Positions 36,637 to 50,721 are shown, counted from the first letter of the stretch. The stretch is DNA of 64,000 nucleotides from an uncultured Nitrososphaeraceae archaeon (GCA_963765895.1 CAVXZB010000073.1:1-64000), one strand, 5' to 3'. Numbers and translations: made by a program. Notes: generated by a model not told the origin, from the letters alone.

Positions 36637-37451
36637 CTTCTTTTTCTTTTTTAACTTATGGTGTTATTACCGGAATTTTTAACCCTTCTGTCGCAATCTC
36701 TGGTTTTGGCACACTAGCCGCATCTTCCATGTTCCCGCCGGTCTAAGTCCTAGTAAATTCTTTAAACTGCATATAGGGTTCTGGAGCTTGAATAATCCAA
36801 GATCAATTGCATCACAACTCTGGCTTTAGTGCTGCCGGTGCTGCGGGTTTATCATTATTAGTATTTCTTGGTTTCTTATTATCCGATTTCTTTGATCTCT
36901 GAGTCTTTGATGGAGTTGTTAATGACTTTAATAGATCATTTAGTAGTATTCCTTTACTGCCGGTTGTAGGTTTTCCGGTAGTCGTTGACTTTTGAAGATT
37001 TACTAAGATACAGTCATCAATTAGTCTCATGATTCTCTTTCTGACACGCATTGAATTAGGTTATAGTGATTTCTAATTATGACCAGTATTAATCAAATCG
37101 GCTTATGATGTAGAATCACACGAATACGACAGAAGAGAGTATAGCGTTGGAAGACGACATGTTGGCCTTTCACGATCCCTATGCAGCATCCTATTATGCT
37201 GCCTATATAATCGTAAAGAAATTGGTTGCTATGATCGGGGCTCTCATAGCCGGCAGATTAGGAATAACCGTTTCTACATGTCTGTGAGAATAATCTGGAC
37301 TCTTATCTAAATGGATAGGCTAGCCTCCTATCCATGTCAGAAGCACTACAATGTGGTCCCAGTTTGTTTACAGATGGGGAATGACTGAGAATAATATGTT
37401 AATATCATCGATAAATGAAATAGCAAAACAAGGCAAATGAGGAGATTGTCA

Positions 37452-37670
37452 TTAATTCTGATACTCAATTAATCTTACTATAAACAGAATCACATAAGCG
37501 TCAGATTCAAATATGATATATTTTTGTTTACCTTCTGATGTCATATTTTGATATGATGATTGTTGATTTCTATCGATATCCTCAAGTAGTGACTTTAACT
37601 GCAGTTTAGTTTGTTCATCAAATTCGTCTTTCAGTACTACTTTATTACCTCTATTTTGTACCGTTTCCAT
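37452..37670 (-). CDS. hypothetical protein
   Basis: 72-aa ORF with ATG start. Confidence 0.4.
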   Translation of the reverse strand: METVQNRGNKVVLKDEFDEQTKLQLKSLLEDIDRNQQSSYQNMTSEGKQKYIIFESDAYVILFIVRLIEYQN

Positions 37671-38337
37671 ACTTTATCAGTATAATTTAGAATAAATACT
37701 AGCTATATACGTTACTACATAAAAGGCTCTAGCTTTATTAGTCATTACTCTATGTGAAACTAAATTCAATTGCAATATTATGTCAACATAGTTTAAGATA
37801 ATTCCCGATCAACGTCGTACTATGCGTATGCATTTCGATGAAAAAGACCCTAAATAGATAAATATATCGTTTTACTTTGCCGATGGAGTTATTACGAAAT
37901 CGGCAGAAGGTAAAAATCTTTATGGTTTACAACAATGGAAGACAGAACCATATTATGTAGGTTTTCGATTCCAAAAATATCGTTTCGTCTTATTCGGCAG
38001 ATCATAAGAGACGAACTGTGAATAAGAGTTATCGATTAATATGCATTATTATATAGTTAAGTTTTCATGCGGCACATTTGGTATATTAAGTAGAGTACCG
38101 ATTAGTGGACTCGATCGGTCCTACAAATTCGGCCTCTAGAATCAATTAACAATTAATAATATAAATCACTTCATTATACCACTGTTTCGTGTCCTAGGAG
38201 TTTACTTTACTATAAAGAGAGATCGTTTTAGCCATTGAAAAATGGACAGCTACGAGTAGTCCAAGGATTATTAGAACAGCCTACACCTAGCATAAGTCCA
38301 CATCCAAGTGAGACAGCGTTGATAATAGCAACTTTAT

Positions 38338-39227
38338 ATGTCGAAGTATGATGGTAATCAAATGGCTTCTTCGACCTTTGATTCTAATCAGTTTAAAATG
38401 GATCAACGTGAAGGCTGGAATTGTGTTGCAGAAGGGTGGAAAGAGTGGTGGCAGCCTATTGAGAAAGGAGCTCAAAAGCTCAGCCAGCGATTAATCGAAC
38501 TTGCTGAAATTAAATCCGGACAAAGAATATTGGATATAGCAACCGGCATCGGAGAACCATCAATTACAGGCAGCAAAAGTTGTCGGAACCAGCGGTTATG
38601 TTTTGGCTACAGACATTTCAAGACAAATGCTAGCCATTGCAAAAGAAAGAGCTGCATTGCTGAGATTGCAGGACATAATTGAGTTTAAAGAAAGTGATGC
38701 CGAGAATTTAGACCTGGCAAACTCATCGTTTGATGCAGCACTATGTCGCTGGGGACTAATGCTATTGCCAAATCTAGATGCTGCGATAGGAAAAATATAT
38801 AGTTCGCTAGTATCAGGTGGGCGATTTGCAGCTGCAGTTTGGGCTGATGCGCCTAAAGTCCCAATTATTAGCTTGGCTACCAGAATTATAGGCAGTCAAG
38901 TGCAAATGTCTAGGCTTCCAGGAACTCCAAACCCGTTTAGCCTAGCTGATACAAATAAGCTTGAAAATTCTCTAGCCAGAGCAGGATTGAGATATTCATA
39001 TTGAAAAGGTAATTGTAACATTTGAATTTGCGTCAGGTGATGATTATTGTCGTTACTGTCAAGCAGTTAGTGCATCTGCTCATATTGTGTTATCTAAAGA
39101 AACTGAAGATAGAAGAGAAGAGATCTGGAGAAAAGTGGCAGAAGAAGCAACGCGCAGTTACGGAACTGCTAACGGAGTTATAAAAATGGATAATGAATCA
39201 ATATGTATTGTTGGAACACGACCATGA
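38338..39227 (+). CDS. class I SAM-dependent methyltransferase, frameshifted
   Basis: ILDIATGIGEP, DAENL..SFDAALCRWG and LVSGGRF. Confidence 0.85.
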
Positions 39228-39289
39228 TAGCAATCTAACTTGCACATTGATGGGTGGAGGAGTACCTGTCATGGTTGTTATTTGGATTA

Positions 39290-39781
39290 CTAATTTCCTT
39301 CATATGCTTGCTTTAGAGTTTTTATGTCGAGCTTATGCATCTGAAGCATTACCTTCATGACTCTCTCTGATTTCTCAGTGTCTTTGTCCTTTAGCATCTG
39401 GATCAAAGCTGTTGGAACAATTTGCCACGAGACTCCATATTTATCCTTGAGCCAACCACACTGCTGCGCTTTTTCATCGCCACCCTCAGAAAGTTTCTTC
39501 CAATAATAGTCCACTTCTCCTTGAGTCTCACAATGAATCTGAAATGAAATGGCTTCGTTGAACTTAAATACTGGGCCACCATTGAGTGCTACAAACTTTT
39601 GTCCTTCAATTTCGAATTCCATAGTCAAAACTGAACCTTCTTTTCCTCCATGAATCTTGTATCACTCTTTCCCATAGTGGGTAACGTCACCAATCTTTGA
39701 ATTTTTGAAAATGGAGGCATAAAACTTTGCTGCCTCCTCTGCTTTATAATCGAACCACAAGCATGGAGTTATTTTCTGCAT
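39290..39781 (-). CDS. VOC/PhnB-like (3-demethylubiquinone methyltransferase family) protein, frameshifted
   Basis: [17 protein letters not shown] and [16 protein letters not shown]. Confidence 0.9.
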
Positions 39782-39861
39782 ACTCGCAATAATATATAGA
39801 GTACAGTTTATAAATACACAAGGGATCAAAAGTATAGTGAATGTAGTTATCGCTAACTCTC

Positions 39862-40145
39862 AGAATCTCTCTTTCATTTGATCAGAAAAGAATACGCTCG
39901 AATACGAATCGTCATATGAATTCAGATATTTTCATTAGTTCTCTTGCATCGATATATTATATCAGATAGTCTTTCATTATGAATCTGGTTTCTGGTAATG
40001 AGTATGTAGTTCCCCCGACAAACTGCTTGTGAATCGCTATGCGTAGATGAATTACCATGAATAACTGCAGCCAATAATATGTCTAACAAGATCAGAGCCA
40101 TAAGGTTTTTACAAAGTTTTATTTGGTATTGTTCTACTGGTAGAC
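39862..40145. repeat. dispersed repeat R3, copy 1
   Basis: 5' part matches 56236-56400; 3' part matches 42080-42255. Confidence 0.85.
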
Positions 40146-40313
40146 CGTTCGTCCTACAACCGTAGTCATCATATTATACAAATTGGTTCCGTACCTCATG
40201 TGCACGAAATTGGCTGCTGTCATTCGCATTATCATCGTCTCCGCTGACGGTATTCTAATGCATTAGTCACTATGCTCGGCTGAAGGCTTAAGGTAGTTTA
40301 TTGACGCATCCTA

Positions 40314-40586
40314 GTGCAAATGCCAATAGATGACAGATTGAAGCATATTCTTGAAATCATAGCGAAGAATTCAAATTTTAAGACGGACAATAGTGTATTT
40401 GATAATGCTATTGTTGAGGAGAGCAGCTTACCAAAAGAGGAAGCTTACCGTTATCTGTCTCAATTAGAATTAATAGGATTAGTAAAGATAGGCGTAAGGC
40501 CATCAGGTTCAGATCGGAGGTTAATCAATATAACAAAGCTGGGTATTGATGAATGTTATGTGCCAACTGACCGAGATATAGCCTAA
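40314..40586 (+). CDS. winged-helix protein
   Basis: YLSQLELIGLVKI..INITKLG. Confidence 0.55.
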   Translation: MQMPIDDRLKHILEIIAKNSNFKTDNSVFDNAIVEESSLPKEEAYRYLSQLELIGLVKIGVRPSGSDRRLINITKLGIDECYVPTDRDIA

Positions 40587-41204
40587 AATAGTAAGCATTA
40601 GATATTTTCTCGAAACTATCCGATTAGTTTCATCATAACGCTCGTGTCGTTTCTTGCCAAAAATGTTCCAACCAGATCAGTGTTTAGACAATCCTTTCAT
40701 GATTTATTATTAATGTTTATATAAAAAGAAGCTTTAACCTAGCCACCAAAAAATGTGCGGCGGTATCTCCTTGATGAGTCTATTTATGATAGCAGCAGGA
40801 TTAGCTGCTACATATGCTATTACAACATTTGGCCCGAAATTATCTTTGCAGAATAAGACAAGGTTCATGAAAGCCAGAATGAAAGAGCTGATGCTAGCTT
40901 ATAATAATCGGGTCACACCATAAGATATAATGTAGAATAATAAATAAATAAATAAGAAAATAGACTTTATTTAACAAAGTGCAATCTAAAGTGGCTACAA
41001 ACCAGAAGCAGACCACATGGCGATCGTAAATGGTCTATGGATATCTTGTTACGCTATTAGTTTCTGAACATCCACTTATCAGACCAGGGATTCATTCTTG
41101 TCTTTGTCTTTATCGTTTATTATATAACATAAATATTTCTGATGGAACAAGGTAATCCTTATGAGCTACAAAGATGATCTTTATAATTTGAAGATATATG
41201 CGTA

Positions 41205-41495
<291 letters not shown>

Positions 41496-41509
41496 TGACG
41501 CGCCTGCTG

Positions 41510-42038
41510 TTTGATTAAATCCATACAAAGGCAATTAGTTGCCTGCCTGTAATTATTATTGTGCAATTTGTAGTTAATCCACATTTATACTGTACTATGG
41601 CCAGATTGGTGGTAGAAATGATTTTCTGGAATAGATTAACTGCTCGAGCAAAATGACACGATAAGCGATATGATAAACCCATCCTCTTCTATTCTTAATT
41701 TCCATTCTTCTTATTCTACTGCTCTACTCTATTGCGTCTGACAATTTCCTTGTCGATTTCTTCCTGTTTTATTTGCTCTCCTCTACGTCCTGGTGTTTTC
41801 CCTTGTTGATGACTTACCTTTCTTCTTTCTTCAGACATCTCATCACCTTGAAAATGGCCACCAGTGCCTGGCTGCTTTTTTTCTTTTGCAACTCCTGTGC
41901 ATATCTTTCCCGGAAAGATTGCTCTTCCTCGGTATCATTATTATCATTATTAGACATATGCTCTATTTGCTTTCTATATTATAGCTATATTACTTTTTAC
42001 TTTTCTAAATTCAAAACATTAACAATTTGAGTCAAATT
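41510..42038. repeat. repeat R4 copy 2 (inverted)
   Basis: Reverse-complement homologue of 28744-29264. Confidence 0.9.
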
Positions 42039-42079
42039 TAACTATCAAAGAGATATTCAGCCAATAAGTTGAATCTGTC

Positions 42080-42255
42080 ATGAAGGCCTGCAGATACTTT
42101 GGTAGAGAGTACTTTATTTCGCCGGCGAACTGCACCTGAATTACTATGCATAGATGAATTACCATGAATAACTGCAGCCAATAGTTAGGTCTATCAAGAT
42201 CAGAGCTATATGTTTTTATTAAATCCTATTGGATTTTGGTTTTCTAAGTAGAATG
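42080..42255. repeat. dispersed repeat R3, copy 2, with TTCGCCGGCGAA at 42118
   Basis: Shares TAGATGAATTACCATGAATAACTGCAGCCAATA with 40045. Confidence 0.85.
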
Positions 42256-42713
42256 AATTGAGACATGATAAATTATGATGTTGAGTAGAAGTAGTCATTA
42301 CCTCGACTGACGCGGTCACCTCATATTGCTTTCATATACCAGTTTTTCTTTATTGGCGGCATTCAAATACACTAGCCGATAATAGAAGGGTTGTCATTAA
42401 TCGATCTTTGGGTAGACCTGCTGCGAATCGCTGTATGGCGAGAGTAGAGATTTATATGCCAAACATGAATGGGGTTCCAGTTATGTGAAAGGCTATTGGA
42501 ATTAGATTATGTTTTATGTCTGCATTAGAAGTAAATATCCATGCTCTAAGAAAAGTATGCCCGAATGTAAGCTTTGGATGTCTTATTGAAAAGCCAGTAT
42601 CAATAAAATATTTAATTAAAAGATTATCGGCAGATTTAGAATAGTAGGATAGAAAGCTTCGTATATTAATGAATCTAATTCTAACAACGTATCTGTGATC
42701 TGCTAAAGCCAAC

Positions 42714-43780
42714 GTGTGGAAGAGTGGCTGCTTAGTTTCATTTATAAACATAAATAACTTACCCACAGTAAACTTAGTCTTAGGCTTGGAAGGAAGCAAT
42801 GCCAGAACAGAAATAATTTATGGAACTCCGAACATTATTAAGGGAACATTACAAAGACTTTCCGCTGCTGTAAATAAGATAGATGTTTGCATATCATCAG
42901 CAGCAGTAGAGGGAACTGTTAAAGCAGAACCCATTTTTAAGGAAACACTAAGACTTAAAGAAATTGGTATCAAGATTAGATACATTTCAGAAATCACTAA
43001 ACAAAACATTCCATATTGTAAAAGTTTGATGTTGACTGCAGAATTCCGCCATATGGACGGTATAAAGGGGAATTTTTCTATAGTGGATGGAAGAGACTAT
43101 CAAGCTACAGCAGCTGTTAACGAAGGAGATCCACCTAGTGAAAGTGTTTTAAGTACTGCTAGGGCATTTGTGGACCAGCAACAATTCATATTTGATATGT
43201 TATGGCATAAGGCAATTCCTGCAAAACAGAGAATAAAAGAAATCGAGCAAGGCCTGAAAAGAGAATTTATTGAAACTATACAAAGACCCTTACGAGACGC
43301 AAAAGACTTTTAGTGATATATTAAAGTCTGCAAATGAGGAAATTCTAATTTCACTTCCAACTAAAGCTACTGCTAAAAGCGATGCAGTATATCGTTATGT
43401 GCACGAATATCTGCTGCCACTACTAAGAAATGCAGCGTCAAGAGGTGTAGAGATTCTGGCTTCTGGATGGGCAATCCACAGATGAAAACCAAGATATGAA
43501 ATCACTAATAGCTGAGAATAACTCGGATGTAGTGAAAATTCATGTTCTCAAATCCCATCACCAAAATAAAATCATAACTGCAATAGTAGATAAGGAACTA
43601 TGCTTAACGGTAGAAGTAAGGGATACTAGCGATTATGAAGATGAAAATGATGCATCTATTGAAGTGCTAGGACTAGCAACTTATTCCAACAGCGAGTCAA
43701 CGATATTGTCATATGCTTCTATATTTGAAACGTTATGGACACAAGCAGAGTTAAGGAGCAAAACAAAGAAGAATATCTAA
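42714..43780 (+). CDS. Nitrososphaeraceae histidine-kinase-type N-terminal sensor without kinase domain, frameshifted
   Basis: RHMDGIKGNF, FVDQQQFIFDMLW and ATYSNSESTILSYASIFETLW. Confidence 0.7.
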
Positions 43781-43810
43781 ATTGCCTAACTGATTGCTAG
43801 GTTAGTCTAT

Positions 43811-44664
43811 TCATTTTAAAAAATCTGATAGACTAGTTTGTTTTGTGTTACCAGATGTTCTCACTCCGGTATCTGGAATCTCAACATTGTCCCATGCCAC
43901 TTCTGATAAATCCAACATTTTCCTGAATGTGTTAACAGTTCCTGGACCGAATCCGGCATAATGATTGTTTGCTGCCTACAATTGCAAGGTTTAGTCTATC
44001 CCGTTGCTCTTCTCTGGCTCTTTTCAGAAATCTAGCCCATTTCATCATCTCTGAAACTCTATCTTTTTGTATCTTGCCAAAATCTTTTTCTTGTATGGTC
44101 CTATCTCCAATGAATCTAATATACAGAAAATCTGTTGTAACTATTGGAGGAGTTCTTATACCAGCAAGTTGACTCCAGACCATACACATATTGTTATTTG
44201 CAAAAAAACTGTAAGCAAAATCTTTGAAACCATGAGCTGTCTCTAACTTCTACTGCATATCTAAATCTCTTATCTAATTCAGGTATAATATCTCTTAGAC
44301 CATTCATACCTTCAACTATACCCATCGAAGGTGGTAACTGTATCAATAATGCTAAAACCTTGTCTTCAAGGTAAATCATGGAAGAAAAGAATAACTCTAG
44401 CTCTTTTCCTACATCTTTTAGTCGTTTATCATGAGTTATAACTTTTGGAAATTTAGCGGTAAATCTAAAATGTGCTGGAGTCTTTTTGCACCAGTTCTTT
44501 ACCATAAATGCATTAGGCGTCCTGTAAAAAGAAGAATCTATCTCGACAAAGTCAAACACGTGAGAATAATAGCCTAACCATCTGGAATTATCTAGACTAG
44601 GAGGATAAAATGGTCCTTGCCATGCTGAATAACTCCATCCAGAGCAGCCAATATGGTATTGCAA
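43811..44664 (-). CDS. DUF72 (YecE-like) protein, frameshifted
   Basis: IGCSGWSY, VEIDSSFY, LIQLPPS and YIRFIG. Confidence 0.9.
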
Positions 44665-44790
44665 GTGTATGACGTTATACTAAAACACTACTGTTTTGGA
44701 TAAAGATTATGAAGCTTTTATCGTCTTTTAATTACTATAAATGAATAATTGATATAACTAGTATACAACAGCAATTTGCATATAATAGAC

Positions 44791-45697
44791 ATGCAAGGAA
44801 ATATTGTATTGGGTTGTTCTGGATGGAATTATCCTGATACTCCTGATAAGGGTGGAGGATGGACTGAGATTTTTTACCCTGATAAATCTACAAAAAGACT
44901 ACGTTACTACTCTCAATTCTTTGATACTGCAGAAATGGATTCTACCTTTTATAACAGATTCTATTCCAAAATGACTAAAGGCACTTTTGTTGGAATGGTA
45001 AAAGCTACCCCAGAGAAATTCCAGTTTTCGATAAAGGTACCTGAAACAGTAACTCATGACAAGAGATTAAACATCGATAAGGGTGCAATAACAGATCTTG
45101 AGGAGTTCTTAGATAAAATATCACCATTAAAGGACGCAAATAAACTTGGTGCAGTACCTAATCCAGCTCCCACCAAGCTTTACGGTTAATGAATTTAGAA
45201 ACATAGAATCTTTTCTCGAAAGATTGCCTAAGCTTAACTCCGATAATCACCACAATTATCAATATGCCATTGAATTCAGACATCCATCATGGAAGACTGA
45301 AGGACCTTGGGAAATGTTAAAGCAATATAATATTGCCGCAGTAATTACGGATTCACCTTCAAAAGAAAATCTGCAATTCTTATCTGATATTATAATAACT
45401 GCAGATCATTCATTTGTGAGATTTCATGGTAGAAATATTAAAGACCATTATTGGTATAATTATTTGTATTCACAACAAGAACTCGATCCCTGGGTTGATA
45501 AGATTAACCAAATTAGAAATCAAACCAAAATTCTAAGAATATATTTTAATAATCATTACGGTGGAAATGCTGTCGTAAATGCATTGCAATTTAAGGAAAT
45601 GATAACAGGTACAAATCTGTCTAAAAGTGAACAGAAAGTATTGAAGCATGCAGAAGAATATATTGCTGAACAGAAACGACAGTTGAAACTGAACTAA
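44791..45697 (+). CDS. DUF72 (YecE-like) protein, frameshifted
   Basis: LGCSGWNY, EMDSTFY, IEFRHPSW, VRFHGRN and YFNNH. Confidence 0.9.
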
Positions 45698-46919
45698 TTA
45701 AGTGTGAAAATATTTCTTGGAATATCTTTAACCATCTGGATTACACCGGTAAAAGTACCTGATCGAACTTCATTTGAGCACGATAAAGTCCCAACAATTT
45801 TTCTGTGAAGCAGAAGAGGCCTTTAACATAATATGTACTTCAATTCCCCGAATAAGGTTTATTGACTTTCCTCCAAGCCACATATGAAGCGGCAGCAATT
45901 TGCGCCAAATGGGATAGAAAAGCATTGGAACGAATTTAGTAGAAACGTTGACTCTGAACTTGCACAGAAATATTGTCTTCATATTCTACTTCGGCTTTGT
46001 CCAGAGTTATTTTAATTCTCATTTACATATTTATAAAGCATTCTAAGGCTCGGTATCAAATTAGACTTGATTATGATATAATAGACCTAAGAATCCAGAG
46101 ATTAAATTGGGGGCTGTCGTTTGCATGAGATTCTTTGCGCCTTGTCTAATGTTCACACTGTGGCATTTATGAGAATGATTACCTTAGTTATTGTAAATAG
46201 ACACAATTAGTTGTCGATTGGTAGACCTGCATTCCTTTTTGCATAAGAGGTAAATATTTTGGTGTCGTCACCTCGCCAGATTCCAAAATAGGATGACCTT
46301 AATTTTTTTTGAAGATTATATGGCGCAGGTCTACCATGACTTTTAAAGAGATTTGGATTATTCATTAATGACTAATCAGTTAACCAGAGATAGATAGTAA
46401 GATATTACCAGTTCGCTCTAAATATTGTCTTATCATACATTTTCTGGGTTATTTACTCGGTTTCATTGCGTTATAATTTCTCGTCATAGGTTAGTTTAAC
46501 TTTAGCATTTATGGTATTAATAATCGTCATTGCGTTCAGACCTGCTATCGACGGCTTCGTTATAGAGATATAATTTGTTGCTGGCATGGTTGTTTTATTT
46601 TGTGCATAGATAACAGCTACAGCATACACTATCATAGCAGTAATTAGAGCCACAGATACTACTACAATTACCACTATTCAGTACGCAAAGGATTAATGCA
46701 TACAAAAGTCTTTAGTGGTATCAGATAAGACAGGCTGATTCCTCAATCTGGCAACGTCAACTTTGAAATTTCAATGAAAATTATAAAGAATACAGGACCG
46801 GTCAGTTATAGGTTAGTACATCATATAGTACTAGACAATTGAATTATGTTCCTAGTTGTATAGCAACATTCGTAAAAATCAAAAATCAAGATAGTATGGA
46901 GGTAGCAGAATTATCTTTG

Positions 46920-47484
46920 CTAACAAGTTTAGACTTAACATTTATCGGTAGATGATGATGCTCTATCAATTTATCTTTTTCATGTTTTTCAAATCTGTCA
47001 AATCTCCATTATGATAAGGTACAAAATTCTTTTCACATTCATATCCAATTTGGGGAGTAATAATGATTCAAAATCTATTAAGGCATATTTACTATTTTGA
47101 AAATGAAAAAATACACCCGTATCTGCAATAACAGATAATCCATTTTTACCTCGTTTCTCTTGTAGTTTATCAAGAGTTTTAGTAAAGACAGAAAATCCTT
47201 AGTATAGCCAGAGTGTTTCTCAATGCTATCCTCTAATATAATCAAGTCATTTTCCTTTTCATACTTTTCTACATCCATATCGAGCTCTTTCAAAGTTTGC
47301 CAGATACACTCTGCTGTCTGATAGTACGTGAGTATCAATACCAATTCATTGCTTTTCAATGAAATATCACAGTAATGTGAATAAATTTCTTCTAATGCAC
47401 AGAGGTCAGGGTAAATCGGGATATTTGTTCTCTTTGTACTATTTTATCTAATCTGTCTATACCTTCTAAACTGGCACCAGTCAT
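46920..47484 (-). pseudogene. MEDS-domain protein, fragmented
   Basis: IYPDL..LEEIYSHYC, DVEKYEKENDLIILED and KLIEHH. Confidence 0.6.
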
Positions 47485-47734
47485 TTCATTATAGTCATTT
47501 CAATATCAGGATTTATCGACATTTCAGATATTAAAGAAAGTTTGTCATGATAGTTAACAATTGTATATTCCTTGCTACTTGGATTTCAGTATTAATTTAG
47601 AATGCAAATTCATTAATTCAAACTAAACCGAGATAAATATACACTACTGAAATTTCCATTTTACAAGTTAGATATTTTCATGAAATATTCATACATATAA
47701 AAACAACCACTAGGTTGAGGCAAACTTTCCACTG

Positions 47735-47842
47735 TTATTTTTTATGCTCGATTTGCTTATGTTGTTTGAGATCTTCTTCAGTCTTGAATTTTTCTCCACA
47801 GGAGATACATTTAAAATTCTTCCGGAAGAAGTTAAATTTCAT
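47735..47842 (-). CDS. C2H2 zinc-finger microprotein, frameshifted
   Basis: FKCISCGEKFKTEEDLKQHKQIEH. Confidence 0.7.
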   Translation of the reverse strand: MKFNFFRKNFKCISCGEKFKTEEDLKQHKQIEHKK

Positions 47843-48136
47843 TTCCTTACACTCAATAGACTTAAAACTACATAAATATATCATATTTATTAAAGAATGT
47901 ATGATAAGATCTCGTCTATTTTATTTTCAGATCAGGTATGTTTTGTAATGCAATGATATTACACTACAGAACTAATAAGGCGGTTCCATATATTAGATAA
48001 AATATATCATTGGCTCAGGTTAAAATGATCTAACAATTCAGATTTCAATTTCAAGATGGACCATTTCTGAATTGTTGCTATTTTTCCATTTTAAATATTG
48101 TATTGATGGCATACCGATAGGACGAGCATTATGTAG

Positions 48137-48757
48137 TCAAGATGTCATTTCGGTACCTGTTATTTCCATCATTCTGTCGTTTTTGGCAAAGTCGATTTGT
48201 AATATCCTAGCATTGAGGTTAGTTCCTACTTCTTTATAATCCACATCCTTGTTATCGATCTTGATATTAAATTTGGTGTCAGTATTTCCTTGACCCTTAG
48301 AATCTATTACAGTTCTTGGAAGTTCAACTGTTAGTTTACCATTATCTGCGCTTGAGCCAAGTAAAAGAACCAACGTCGTCTTATCTTTGTCACCAATTAT
48401 TCCTAAAAGTTTTCCATTTGTTATGTTATATTTAATCGGAAATGTCTTGTCTTTGATCATCAGGTTTGAAATATTAGCAAATCCAGTTCGATTATTACCT
48501 TGTGAATTGTTGGTCTGACCAGCGGCTCCAAGATTTGCTGTTGTTACCGTTGCCTTACTACCTTGTGGAATTGTTATTGTCTTATTAGATGGGTTTAGAG
48601 TGGTAGTTTTACTGTTATTGCTATTATTCAAAGGAAATAGATTTTGAGCTGACGCAGCTGCTGGAGCGTATGCTGAAAACAGCAGTACTGCTGTAATCAA
48701 CAGTGGCAAGCCTATAATTTGTATTAGCCTAAATTCACTTTTACGTATTTTCACCAA
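48137..48757 (-). CDS. secreted protein with PEFG-CTERM-associated domain
   Basis: YNITNG, GKLTVELPRTVIDSK and EITGT. Confidence 0.7.
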   Translation of the reverse strand: MVKIRKSEFRLIQIIGLPLLITAVLLFSAYAPAAASAQNLFPLNNSNNSKTTTLNPSNKTITIPQGSKATVTTANLGAAGQTNNSQGNNRTGFANISNLMIKDKTFPIKYNITNGKLLGIIGDKDKTTLVLLLGSSADNGKLTVELPRTVIDSKGQGNTDTKFNIKIDNKDVDYKEVGTNLNARILQIDFAKNDRMMEITGTEMTS

Positions 48758-48934
48758 ATATTAATCCTATATTTGCATATACGATATAATATAAAATTCT
48801 TTTTAAGAGTATCGAGATTTTAATGCTAAAGCGAGGCAGTAATTGATCATAAATGATGATCACTTCGATATTCACTCATTCATCGATTAACTTGTATTTC
48901 ATTGATATGTCATAGGACTATACATATCATCACC

Positions 48935-49646
48935 CTATACACTACTTCCAGCAGTAGATTTACCAGGCTTTTCTTGTCCTAATCTTTCCAACTCTTCTGG
49001 TGTAGGGTCAGTATCTCTTGCAAACTTGGCAGCAACTAATCCACTTGGTACCGCTACGTCCAAGCAACTCCCATCGTAGTTGTCAATATAGGATTTAGGG
49101 ATATAGTATAGAGTTGACTTTGCTACTCCCTGTCTTACTACAATGAATCCATTTCCAACTTGGTCAACATCACCTATATCAATAGTATCACTTGTCATGA
49201 CACGCTTGTGTACCACCTGTTCCCAGGCTATGTGTAGCGGCTCATGTGTAACAGGTGTCTGTAATGCCACTCCAGGTTCTTTGGCCATCCATGGGATACC
49301 ATGTAAGAATTGAGGATATTGGGTATCCATCTGTCGTTTATGTTCTAGATATTCTGATGTTTCAAACTCTGATTCTAGTGGAGGATTTTCTCTTTCATAC
49401 TTGTGTTTAATTTCATCTTTTGTTAGTGAAACCCATAACTTGTGTCCATCGTATCCTTGGATATAGTATTTTGGAATAAAATAATAATTCTTACTTATTG
49501 TTCCATCCTTTGTCTGAATATATTCATTGGTTAGATTGAATTTTACCCAGATCCTTATCGTCTTTAGACTTGACTTTTTTTGTCAATAGCTTTATCCAAT
49601 GAAATTATATCGGACAAGATGGCTGTTCAAATATTGTCAGCAGCAT
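48935..49646 (-). CDS. tandem PRC-barrel-like stress protein, frameshifted
   Basis: Two KxVxxxDxxDxG...YxIPKxYIxxYDG units. Confidence 0.7.
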
Positions 49647-49784
49647 ATAGAATCTATCAGAAAGGCTTATCTAGCAGATGGTAGACCGATGCTATCACAT
49701 CTTCTATAATGTCATAGCTCATTTTGTATAGATAGAACGTTCATTAATTAGATTTTAATTATATATGTATCTATATGCATCTAT

Positions 49785-50189
49785 ATGTCTTCTAATAATG
49801 CTGATAACAATAGGATAGGTCCTACCATTTTATGGAGCATGCTTAAAGGTAAAAAAGTGGTAACAAATGACGGAAAGGATATTGGAGAAATAAAGGATAT
49901 ATCTGATAATTACATTCGTTTAGAAAAGGGCACAATAAAGAAAAATAAGTTTTGGATTACAAAATATACTGCTGATGCGTATGATGGCAAGCATCTGTGG
50001 CTGTTGATAAACGAGGAAGAAGTTCATTCAAAGCATGTATATGGAGATGAGTCACCTAGAGGAGTCGAATATGCAAAAGGTTTCGAGTCCTTTAAGAGCT
50101 CGCCTTCAGGCCAGAAAGGTGAATATAGCCCCGGCTTTGAAGAAAGAATAAAGATTATAGAAAATTGTAAAATTAGAGATTTAAAATAA
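49785..50189 (+). CDS. PRC-barrel-like protein
   Basis: GKKVVTNDGKDIGEIKDI..AYDG. Confidence 0.75.
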   Translation: MSSNNADNNRIGPTILWSMLKGKKVVTNDGKDIGEIKDISDNYIRLEKGTIKKNKFWITKYTADAYDGKHLWLLINEEEVHSKHVYGDESPRGVEYAKGFESFKSSPSGQKGEYSPGFEERIKIIENCKIRDLK

Positions 50190-50291
50190 ATAAAGCAATA
50201 GAAATAAACCAAAAGTTATCTTATTCTTTCGAACCGCAATTGTTATCTGTTATCTGTTATCTGTTAGCTGTTAGCTGTCCAATAATAACCC

Positions 50292-50627
50292 TTAGCTGTT
50301 TGTCCCTGCCGCTCCTTGTTCGTAATCGTCACCAGTTTCAGTAGAGCCAGCCGTTCCTTCTGTCATTCCACTTCTCCTTAGTCTTTCTTTAGGATCTTGA
50401 CCTGAAGAAGAACCAGAACTTGAGGTATCATCTTGTCTTCTTACTGCAGTTGGTTCGTGTTCCTTTATCTTGGCTGGCGACATTGGTTCATTTGCTTCAT
50501 ATTCCATAGTTGGATCGCTTTTTGTTGAACTAGTATAACTCACTTCTCTTTCTTTATTGTCGGATCCTACAGCCTTATCTTTAACATCTACAATTTTGTC
50601 TTTAACCTTTTTGGCAATATCGCTCAT
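50292..50627 (-). CDS. hydrophilin-like stress protein
   Basis: Highly charged and Ser/Gly/Thr-rich; EPMSPAKIKEHEPTAV. Confidence 0.6.
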   Translation of the reverse strand: MSDIAKKVKDKIVDVKDKAVGSDNKEREVSYTSSTKSDPTMEYEANEPMSPAKIKEHEPTAVRRQDDTSSSGSSSGQDPKERLRRSGMTEGTAGSTETGDDYEQGAAGTNS

Positions 50628-50721
50628 TATTTTTACATAGATTTTATAGAATAATAAGGTTAATAATATTATACAAAAACTTCTATAATTATTATAAGGT
50701 ATTAATATCTTAAGTAGTAGC

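Noticed and set aside
50241-50278. TGTTATC/TGTTAGC heptamer tandem between converging genes
   Set aside because: Five short units, most likely slippage in a terminator region
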